Shown here: positions 25,484 to 32,000 of the stretch, one piece after another
How positions within the stretch are numbered: position 1 is the stretch's first letter
How the letters are laid out: each line of letters starts with the position of its first letter
Assembly: GCF_000621645.1 (NCBI RefSeq)
Contig: NZ_JHXR01000015.1
Coordinates: 111,418 to 143,417, forward strand
DNA from: Vibrio cholerae ATCC 14035
GTDB taxonomy: Bacteria; Pseudomonadota; Gammaproteobacteria; Enterobacterales; Vibrionaceae
Length of the DNA stretch: 32,000 nucleotides
Direction of reading: 5' to 3'
Made by a program: the position numbers and the translations under genes
The notes under the pieces: generated by a model
The model's database searches: none
What the model saw: only the letters and a program-made list of their open reading frames with translations
Told to the model about the DNA's origin: nothing

Positions 25484-26458
25484 ATGAAAACGGTAAAAAC
25501 GACCTTAATGACGCTCACCGCTGTCGCTGTTGTTGGCTGGATTGGCTATCGCTTTTATCAAGCCTATCAACCTGAACCAGTCACACTGCAAGGCCAGATT
25601 GAGTCTCAGCAGTACAGCATCTCCTCTAAAGTGCCGGGGCGCATTGACCAAGTTTTGGTGCGCAAGGGCGATCAAGTGGAAAAAGGCCAACTGATCTTCA
25701 CTCTACTCAGCCCTGAAATTGATGCCAAGTTGGAACAAGCGATCGCTGGCCAGAAAGCCGCGGGGGCACTGGCTCAAGAAGCAGAAAATGGTGCGCGTGA
25801 ACAGCAGATTCAGGCCGCCAAAGATCAATGGCTCAAAGCCCAAGCGGCAGCAGAACTGGCTGAAAAAACGTATCTGCGCGTCAATAACCTTTACAACGAT
25901 GGTGTGGTTTCCGAACAAAAACGGGACGAAGCGCAAACCCAATGGCAAGCCGCCAAATACACCGAAAGTGCAGCGTTGCAGATGTATCAATTAGCCAAAG
26001 AAGGTGCACGAGAAGAGACGAAACAAGCCGCGCTCGAAAAAGCACGCATGGCTGCTGGTGCGGTGGCTGAAGTCGAGGCATATGCCGCCGATACCAAGAT
26101 TCAAAGTTGGTTTGATGGTGAAGTATCACAAGTGTTGATGCACAGTGGTGAGCTGGCTCCGCAAGGTTTCCCTGTCGTCACAGTGGTCGATACGCAAGAC
26201 ACTTGGGCAGTATTTAACGTGCGTGAAGATCTGCTCAAACACTTTACCCAAGGTGCTCAGTTTACGGCTTATTTGCCAGCTCTGGATAAATCCATCGAGT
26301 TTAAAGTCACTCACGTCGCCGTGATGGGCGATTTCGCCACTTGGCGCTCAACCGATGCCACTCAAGGGTTTGACCTACGTACGTTTGAAGTGGAAGCACG
26401 TCCAGTCACGCCAACCGAAGGCCTGCGTATGGGCATGAGCGTTGTGGTTAAGTTATAA
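25484..26458 (+). CDS. HlyD-family periplasmic adaptor (membrane fusion protein, YbhG/YhiI-like)
   Basis: 324-aa ORF with AAGGA RBS and an N-terminal TM anchor. It has a lipoyl-like hairpin (SSKVPGRIDQVLVRKGDQVEKGQLIF) and a long alpha-helical coiled coil. Confidence 0.88.
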   Translation: MKTVKTTLMTLTAVAVVGWIGYRFYQAYQPEPVTLQGQIESQQYSISSKVPGRIDQVLVRKGDQVEKGQLIFTLLSPEIDAKLEQAIAGQKAAGALAQEAENGAREQQIQAAKDQWLKAQAAAELAEKTYLRVNNLYNDGVVSEQKRDEAQTQWQAAKYTESAALQMYQLAKEGAREETKQAALEKARMAAGAVAEVEAYAADTKIQSWFDGEVSQVLMHSGELAPQGFPVVTVVDTQDTWAVFNVREDLLKHFTQGAQFTAYLPALDKSIEFKVTHVAVMGDFATWRSTDATQGFDLRTFEVEARPVTPTEGLRMGMSVVVKL

Positions 26459-26461
26459 GTT

Positions 26462-27625
26462 GTGGTTGAACTTAAAATGAAGCACGCCATCCCCCGCCAA
26501 TGGACGTTACTGCGTCACGATAAATGGTTACTTTCCTGTTTAACATGGGTGCCCATTCTGCTCGCCGTCTCCATTTGGTGGATTTTTTCCCAAGGCATAG
26601 CGCGCGATCTGCCGTTTGGTGTGGTGGACTTTTCCCACAGCCAGCTTTCACGCCAGCTTATTCGTGAGGTCGATGCGACATCGACACTGCTTGTCAGTCA
26701 GCATTTTGCGAGCGTCGATGAAGCCAGCCAAGCAATGCGCAGTAATCAGATCTATGGCTTTATGGTGATCCCCGCACAATTCGATAAAGCCACTTATCGT
26801 CAAGAGCAGCCGCAAGTAACGACCTTTTACAACAGCCAAATGATTTTGGTCGGTAAGCTCGTTAACTCAGCGGTGGTGCAAGCACAAGGCACATTTAATG
26901 CTCAAGTGGATGTGATGAAAAATCTCGCCACCAAAACGCATACTACCCTTGCGGCCATGGGGCGCTCGGTGCCCGTACGCACACAAATAACGCCACTCTT
27001 TAACCAAAATACCAACTATGCGCAATTTTTGGTGTCGGCGATTGTTCCTGCTTTATGGCAAATCACCATTGTCGTTAGCACCATTTTGATTCTGGCAGCC
27101 AACTATCGTCATTACGGGTTAAAGTCTTGGCTCGCGCAGTCTCCCTTAACCCAGTTAACCCGAACCCTATTGCCCTATCTCCCCATTTTCATGCTGCAAG
27201 GGCTTGGTTTTTTGATCTGGTTTTATGATGTACTGCGCTGGCCTATGTTTGGTCACTTTTCCACTTTGCTGCTTGCTCAATCGATTACCGTGGTGGCATG
27301 CGTGATCATGGGGGCATTTTTCTATTTCCTCACGCTCGATCCCGCTCGCGCGATGAGCTTTGCTGGCGCTTTCACTGCGCCCAGTTTTGCCTTTATGGGG
27401 ATCACCTTTCCGGCAAGCGATATGAACACGCTCGCTCAAGCGTGGCGCAATTTGTTACCGATCAGCCACTACATTGAAGTGCAAGTGAACCAAGTGAGTT
27501 ATGGGCTTGATGCCTTAAGTTCTTTACAGCCTATGGTCAATATGTGGGGCTATCTTCTGCCGCTTGGTTTGGCGCTACTTCTGATCCGCAAGCATTTAGC
27601 GCGGGAAATGGGAGCTGCCGTATGA
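26462..27625 (+). CDS. ABC-2-type transporter permease (YhhJ/YbhS/YbhR-like), subunit 1
   Basis: The ORF has an N-terminal TM, a ~150-aa periplasmic loop and five C-terminal TM helices, with no nucleotide-binding domain. The start is GTG 26462 or ATG 26477, and neither has a good SD. Confidence 0.83.
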   Translation: MVELKMKHAIPRQWTLLRHDKWLLSCLTWVPILLAVSIWWIFSQGIARDLPFGVVDFSHSQLSRQLIREVDATSTLLVSQHFASVDEASQAMRSNQIYGFMVIPAQFDKATYRQEQPQVTTFYNSQMILVGKLVNSAVVQAQGTFNAQVDVMKNLATKTHTTLAAMGRSVPVRTQITPLFNQNTNYAQFLVSAIVPALWQITIVVSTILILAANYRHYGLKSWLAQSPLTQLTRTLLPYLPIFMLQGLGFLIWFYDVLRWPMFGHFSTLLLAQSITVVACVIMGAFFYFLTLDPARAMSFAGAFTAPSFAFMGITFPASDMNTLAQAWRNLLPISHYIEVQVNQVSYGLDALSSLQPMVNMWGYLLPLGLALLLIRKHLAREMGAAV

Positions 27626-28770
27626 CCTTATTTGAGCTATTTAAAGCAGAATTAAAAGCACTCTTCACCAACCCTGTTGTCGTGCTGACCGTTTTTGGTG
27701 GCGTGGTGTTTTATTCTTTCCTCTACCCGTTGCCTTACGCCAAGCAGATCCCCCGTGAACAGACCGTTTCTGTGGTCAATCTCGATCAAAGTCAGGCCAG
27801 TTTTCAACTGGAGCGGATGGTGGATGCCACGCCGCAAGTCAAAATTGTTCAGCGTGATCACACCATTGCCGATGCCAAACAAGCTTTCTTAGACAAGAAA
27901 GTCGCAGGCATCTTGGTGATTCCTGAACATTTCTACAAAGATTTGCTACTGGGTAAAAGTCCAACGCTCGCTTATGCGGGTGATGCTTCCTATTTTCTGG
28001 TTTACGGTACGATTGTTGAAGGTTTAGCCCAAGCGGGCGGTACACTCGCAGCACAAACCAAAGTCAGTCGTTTGGTCATCGAAGGTGAACCGATGGCGTT
28101 TGCCGCGCAGCATTTCTCGCCAACCAATGCCAACCTGAAACCCACTTTTAACCCACGTATGGGCTATGTCGATTACGTCGTACCCGCCGTTTTTGTATTG
28201 ATCCTGCAGCAAACGCTGATCATGGCGGCTGGATTGATGGTTGGGACACAAAAGCAAGGTCACGGCTATTGGAGCCGAGTCGCCCCTGCCAAACTGTTGT
28301 TAGTGCGTAGTTTTGTGCTGGTTGCGGTCTACTACTTGCTGAGTCTTTATTATTTCGGTGCCAGTTTTGATTTGCACGGCGTGAATACTTTAGCAAAGCC
28401 AAGTGATCTCATCAGTTTGCTCTTGCCGTTTTTATTAGCCTGTAATTTTGTCGGTATTGCGTTGGGAGCAGTGACTCCAAGACGCGAACTGGTCACTTTG
28501 GTGGTGTTAATTAGCTCCATGCCACTGATTTTTACCGCTGGATTTATTTGGCCGTTGGAAATGATCCCTGCGCCTTTAGTCTGGCTTGCGCAGTGCTTCC
28601 CAAGCACACCGGCAATCCAAGGCTTTCTGGGTTTAAACCAAATGGCGGCCAGTTGGTCAACCATAGCACCAAAATGGACACTCCTTTGGGCACAGGCTTT
28701 GGTATGGGGCGGTTTGGCGTTTTATCTTTTACGCCGAGATCGCCAGCGTACCGCTAAACACCCACAATAA
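27622..28770 (+). CDS. ABC-2-type transporter permease, subunit 2 (paralog of the preceding gene)
   Basis: Start trimmed to ATG 27622 (MTLFELFKAELKALF...), which overlaps the upstream stop as ATGA, with GGGAG upstream. The topology matches subunit 1. Confidence 0.85.
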   Translation: MTLFELFKAELKALFTNPVVVLTVFGGVVFYSFLYPLPYAKQIPREQTVSVVNLDQSQASFQLERMVDATPQVKIVQRDHTIADAKQAFLDKKVAGILVIPEHFYKDLLLGKSPTLAYAGDASYFLVYGTIVEGLAQAGGTLAAQTKVSRLVIEGEPMAFAAQHFSPTNANLKPTFNPRMGYVDYVVPAVFVLILQQTLIMAAGLMVGTQKQGHGYWSRVAPAKLLLVRSFVLVAVYYLLSLYYFGASFDLHGVNTLAKPSDLISLLLPFLLACNFVGIALGAVTPRRELVTLVVLISSMPLIFTAGFIWPLEMIPAPLVWLAQCFPSTPAIQGFLGLNQMAASWSTIAPKWTLLWAQALVWGGLAFYLLRRDRQRTAKHPQ

Positions 28771-28773
28771 TGT

Positions 28774-29148
28774 CTACTCTTGCCACTGTTGACGCATGCG
28801 TTCGACAGTGGCTTCATCCACCCCATGCACGTTTTGATAACGCTCTCGACACACCAGAATCGTCAGCTTAGCTCGATATTGTCGGGCAAGTTTTCGGTAT
28901 ACCGCCATCTCCCAATGCCGAACAAAAGTATTCGATACCACCACGTCTTTGCCTTGTTGCAGCCAGTATTCCGTCTGTTGTTGACACCATTCATGGGCTT
29001 GCGCCAAGTGTTCGGGGCGAAAATGGTACTCACCTTGTGGATTAACAAAATACATGTCTGCTTCCAGATGGACAGCAGACAAGGTCTTCGCCAAGGTTGA
29101 TTTCCCCGAACCTGGCAAACCGCGAATAAGGGTTAAATGAGGTCGCAT
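28774..29148 (-). CDS. Small P-loop NTPase / kinase-like protein (AAA_33 / polynucleotide-kinase-like fold)
   Basis: Walker A GLPGSGKST occurs 8 residues after ATG 29146-29148, with a Walker-B-like DVVVSNT. The product is ~124 aa. The longer ORF (to 29223) begins at TTG and adds 25 residues with no similarity to anything I recognise. Confidence 0.7.
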   Translation of the reverse strand: MRPHLTLIRGLPGSGKSTLAKTLSAVHLEADMYFVNPQGEYHFRPEHLAQAHEWCQQQTEYWLQQGKDVVVSNTFVRHWEMAVYRKLARQYRAKLTILVCRERYQNVHGVDEATVERMRQQWQE

Positions 29149-29240
29149 ACTTGATTCACAGTAGTCAATTGTGCCGAGAGATACTAACTTAGATTGAGGT
29201 TCGTTGCATTTTGCTATCGACAATAATTTTCGGTTGAGTT

Positions 29241-29264
29241 ATAAGTCTGGATGTTTAGACGTCC
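29241..29264. promoter_or_regulatory. MetJ operator (three tandem met boxes) upstream of metA
   Basis: ATAAGTCT-GGATGTTT-AGACGTCC matches the 8-bp met-box consensus AGACGTCT at 6/8, 5/8 and 7/8 positions. It lies 25-48 nt upstream of the metA start. Confidence 0.55.
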
Positions 29265-29288
29265 AAATTAATGCTTAGGGAGAAAGCT

Positions 29289-30230
29289 GTGCCGATTAGA
29301 ATCCCCGACCAATTACCGGCGAGTGATGTGCTACGTAACGAAAACATCTTCGTTATGTCCGAATCGCGTGCTTCGACGCAGGAAATACGCCCACTCAAGG
29401 TGCTATTGTTAAACTTAATGCCTAAAAAAATTGAGACGGAAACTCAGTTTTTACGCCTCTTGTCCAACTCCCCTTTGCAGGTCGATATCGAGCTGCTGCG
29501 CATCGATGACAGGCCAAGCAAAAATACTCCAGAAGAGCATCTCAACACCTTCTATCGCCAATTTGAGCTGGTCAAAAATCGCAACTTCGATGGGTTAATC
29601 ATCACGGGCGCGCCACTGGGCTTAGTACAATTTGAGGATGTCGCCTATTGGCAGCATCTACAAAACATCATGGCTTGGGCTAAAGCGCATGTGACCTCCA
29701 CTCTTTACATCTGTTGGGCGGCGCAAGCTGGGCTGAAGCTGCTGTACAATTTGCCCAAACGTACGCGTGAAGAGAAACTGTCCGGTGTCTATTACCACGA
29801 CATCCATAAGCCGTTTCACCCTCTACTGCGTGGGTTTGATGATCGCTTTCTCGCTCCGCACTCTCGCTACGCAGATTTTGATGCGGAATTTTTGGCTGAG
29901 CATACTGATCTCGATATTCTGGCAACGTCCGATGTGGCGGGCGTTTACCTCGCAGCGACCAAAGATAAGCGTAACGTGTTTGTGACTGGCCACCCTGAGT
30001 ACGATGCTTACACCCTACATGGTGAATATGTGCGTGATCTGGGCGAAGGGCTTAATCCTGCGATCCCCGTCAATTACTACCCCAATGACAACCCAGATAA
30101 CAAACCTTGCGCCAGTTGGCGTAGCCACGGGCACTTGCTGTTTGCCAACTGGCTTAACTACTGCGTTTATCAACAAACACCGTATGATTTGGAAAAATTC
30201 AGCGAAGCCAATTTTACCAAAGACGAATAA
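29289..30230 (+). CDS. metA: Homoserine O-succinyltransferase
   Basis: The product is collinear with E. coli MetA from the first residue when started at GTG 29289 ((M)[10 protein letters not shown]..., [11 protein letters not shown], active-site region [13 protein letters not shown]). AGGGAGAAAG RBS is present. The ATG at 29271 adds 6 residues that have no counterpart in E. coli MetA. Confidence 0.93.
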
Positions 30231-30237
30231 TCCTTCC

Positions 30238-30258
30238 GGCCGCCCTGTGCGGCCTTTT
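30238..30258 (+). terminator. Intrinsic terminator after metA
   Basis: GGCCGC-CCTGT-GCGGCC stem-loop followed by TTTT, 8 nt after the stop codon. Confidence 0.75.
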
Positions 30259-30438
30259 ATCCCTTTACTCGCCTTTCCGCCTTTAACTTCTGCCTGATAT
30301 CCCATCCACTTGGCGTTGCAGCTTGAAGTCAGAAGGGGGATACATCAATAGATTTGCCAACTGACTCGCAGACTTAAACCTCACCGCTCGGCCTCCCAAT
30401 TGAATTGCCTATCATTGAGGCGTTAACGGGAGGGATGT

Positions 30439-31152
30439 ATGAAAAATGTGTTTGGTTTAGGGCTCATAATCGCCTTAGCAGGCTGCGTCACCGTCACTGA
30501 AACGGCGGGTAACGCAACGCAAAGTGACCCAACTGAGATGGCAGAGGCGCGCATTGCCCTTGGTTTAGGCTATTTAGAAAATGGCAGCATGATCAAGGCA
30601 CGGGAAAATTTAGAAAAAGCACTACAGCATGCGCCGGATTATTACCGCTCACAACTTTCAATGGCGCACTATTATGAGGCTGTTGGTGAAAATGATGCTG
30701 CGCGGAAAATGTACCGCACGGCACTAAGCGAGCACCCGAAAAACGGTAATGTGCTGAATAACTTCGGTACCTTTTTGTGTAAGCAAGGCGAGTATGACAC
30801 GGCAGATCAATACTTTCGCCGTGCGGTCGAGCAACCTTATTACTACTTAATTTCAGCCAGTTACGAGAACGCCGGATTGTGTGCTCTCAAAGCAGGGAAA
30901 ACGGACAACGCTCGTGAATATTTCAAACGTGCTATCGATCACGATCCAAATCGTCTGCTGTCCATTTTACAGCTGACTAAAATGGAGATTGAAGCCGGCG
31001 ACTACACACCCGCTCGCTTACGTTTAATGGACTTGAATCAGCGTTATGGCTATCAAAAAGCCTCACTCAAACTACTGATTGAATTAGAAAAACGCGCTGG
31101 GAATTCTGCGTTAGAGCAAAAATATCAAACCCTATTAAATTCTCTCTCTTAA
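30439..31152 (+). CDS. pilW: TPR lipoprotein, type IV pilus biogenesis/stability protein PilF/PilW
   Basis: 237-aa ORF with lipobox LAGC at residues 13-16. TPR repeats are collinear with P. aeruginosa PilF as I recall it (LGLGYL..G, VLNN.G.FLC.QG.Y, ENAGLC). Confidence 0.85.
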   Translation: MKNVFGLGLIIALAGCVTVTETAGNATQSDPTEMAEARIALGLGYLENGSMIKARENLEKALQHAPDYYRSQLSMAHYYEAVGENDAARKMYRTALSEHPKNGNVLNNFGTFLCKQGEYDTADQYFRRAVEQPYYYLISASYENAGLCALKAGKTDNAREYFKRAIDHDPNRLLSILQLTKMEIEAGDYTPARLRLMDLNQRYGYQKASLKLLIELEKRAGNSALEQKYQTLLNSLS

Positions 31153-31155
31153 GGT

Positions 31156-31380
31156 TTATTTGATATTGGTTGGACGACCACCGCCCTGACGATCTCGATA
31201 ATGAGTGCGCCGCAATCGGCGCACTTTTTGCGCGCGCTGAATTTTTAAGTATTCGCGATAAATAATCCGAATAAAAAAAACCAATCCAATCAAGAGCAGT
31301 AACGCAAAAATACTCATAAAAGGAACACACAGCCAATGAGGCTGGCAGGGTGCGTAGAGTGGAACGTCTTCAATTCTCAT
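31156..31380 (-). CDS. Small single-pass membrane protein with highly basic C-terminal tail (hypothetical)
   Basis: 74-aa ORF with a near-perfect SD (CAGGAGGGG) 6 nt upstream of ATG 31378-31380. It has one TM helix (FMSIFALLLLIGLVFFIRII) and an Arg/Lys-rich tail. Confidence 0.55.
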   Translation of the reverse strand: MRIEDVPLYAPCQPHWLCVPFMSIFALLLLIGLVFFIRIIYREYLKIQRAQKVRRLRRTHYRDRQGGGRPTNIK

Positions 31381-31452
31381 CTTGCCCCTCCTGGATTTTT
31401 ATTTAGGAGCGATTGGCTTTTTACTTTTCATGTTCAGTAACTTGTTTAAAGC

Positions 31453-31689
31453 TTAACATTTTGCCTGCCACCACAGCTTGCGCTGCTCTGCATTTTGAAA
31501 ACTCCAAGCAATAAAGCGACTTATCTTCTGCCCTTGTGCCATCTCTATTACATGTATCGACTGAGCCCCGAGTTTTTCCAGCTGTTTTTTCATGCCACGA
31601 ACGTTATCACCTTTAGAAATCAAAGTGCTAAACCAAAGCACTTGCTGCGCGAACTGCTGGCTTTCTACCGCCATTTTACCAATAAAAAT
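31453..31689 (-). pseudogene. rlmF: 3'-terminal remnant of 23S rRNA m6A1618 methyltransferase gene rlmF, truncated at the IS boundary
   Basis: The translation [29 protein letters not shown]...[16 protein letters not shown] aligns with the last ~75 residues of E. coli RlmF (FIKKMIEES.GFAKQVMWFTSLVSRGENL...EMAQGQKQSRFIAWTF, recalled). Similarity stops near 31687-31692, and an in-frame stop follows at 31711-31713. The N-terminal ~230 codons are missing. Confidence 0.65.
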
Positions 31690-31709
31690 CCGCCTTCTTA
31701 GAAGGCGGT
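31690..31709. repeat. Terminal/subterminal hairpin CCGCCTTC-tta-GAAGGCGG at the IS-rlmF junction
   Basis: Perfect 8-bp stem read from the sequence, flanked by T/A runs on both strands. It starts exactly where rlmF similarity stops. Confidence 0.6.
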
Positions 31710-31719
31710 TTTAATATAA

Positions 31720-31736
31720 GCCCCCTAAAAGGGGGC
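31720..31736. repeat. Subterminal hairpin GCCCCC-taaaa-GGGGGC downstream of tnpA
   Basis: Perfect 6-bp GC stem 11 nt after the tnpA stop codon. IS200/IS605 ends are defined by such hairpins rather than by inverted repeats. Confidence 0.6.
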
Positions 31737-31746
31737 CACGACGCTG

Positions 31747-32000
31747 TTAGTCTCTCAATAACTCTAACTGCTGCTCTTGCTCAAGCTCTTTTTTGTCTTG
31801 ATGCCGTACATACCGTCTAATGATTTCTTCATTTACACCTACCGTATCCACAAAATAGCCTCGCGCCCAAAAATGATTTCCCCATAACTTTTTCCTGATA
31901 TGTGGAAACTTGTTGAATAGCCTAATTGCACTCCTACCCTTTAAAACTCCCATCAACGTCGAAATCGATACTTTGGGCGGAATTATCGCAACTAAGTGGA
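31747..32000 (-). CDS. tnpA: IS200-family Y1 (HUH) transposase TnpA, C-terminal part (5' end off-window)
   Basis: The frame is open to the window edge: ...HLVAIIPPKVSISTLMGVLKGRSAIRLFNKFPHIRKKLWGNHFWARGYFVDTVG.... This matches the IS200 TnpA pattern (HxH...IPPK...GxLKG.S...WG.HFWARGYF.STVG). Confidence 0.88.
   Translation of the reverse strand, partial: HLVAIIPPKVSISTLMGVLKGRSAIRLFNKFPHIRKKLWGNHFWARGYFVDTVGVNEEIIRRYVRHQDKKELEQEQQLELLRD

Larger units (their letters stand above)
31690..32000 (-). mobile_element. Partial IS200/IS605-family insertion sequence (IS1004-like), right end; continues beyond the window
   Basis: It contains the Y1-transposase 3' half plus two end-proximal hairpins and abuts the truncated rlmF. 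The left boundary (~31690) is inferred from the loss of rlmF homology. Confidence 0.75.

Noticed and set aside
1-32000. Search by eye for CRISPR arrays, integron attC/VCR repeats, long direct repeats, phage integrase or attachment sites, toxin-antitoxin pairs and known defence-system signatures.
   Set aside because: I saw no periodic repeat-spacer structure, no integrase or recombinase other than the IS200 tnpA, and no gene pair resembling known defence or TA modules. A repeat-finder and a DefenseFinder/PADLOC run would be the decisive check.

Overview
This 32-kb window reads as conserved Vibrio cholerae-type chromosomal backbone. Gene content and order match what I recall for the katB / alsR-alsDSO / acgAB / galTKM / cheV / metA region of chromosome I, but that assignment is from memory and cannot be verified without a database search. 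I support about 30 real CDS, two tandem tRNA-Val(GAC) genes, several intrinsic terminators, a well-formed gal promoter/operator region and a MetJ operator. A partial IS200/IS605-family element (IS1004-like) at the right edge appears to have truncated rlmF. Left to right, the functional blocks are as follows. (1) Oxidative stress: a secreted catalase divergent from a DUF417/RclC-like membrane protein. (2) Acetoin pathway: alsR and alsD-alsS-SDR. (3) c-di-GMP pair: a stand-alone EAL protein and a membrane GGDEF protein. (4) galT-galK-galM. (5) A 14-TMS MFS exporter. (6) A signalling-rich stretch holding three orphan periplasmic binding-protein paralogs, a GGDEF gene split over two frames, a membrane-anchored DUF2726/zinc-ribbon nuclease-like protein, CheV and a DcuS/CitA-type two-component system. 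(7) A TolC-MFP-2x ABC-2-permease cluster with no ATPase. (8) A small P-loop kinase-like gene, metA, pilF/pilW, a small membrane protein, the rlmF remnant and the IS. I found no CRISPR array, integron cassette array, prophage or recognisable defence system, and no compelling evidence for a wholly new system. The least-explained pieces are the HK-RR-SBP-CheV operon, the ATPase-less tripartite ABC-2 cluster, the orphan SBP paralogs, the DUF2726 protein and the split diguanylate cyclase. Most other ORFs in the six-frame track are antisense or out-of-frame shadows of these genes.
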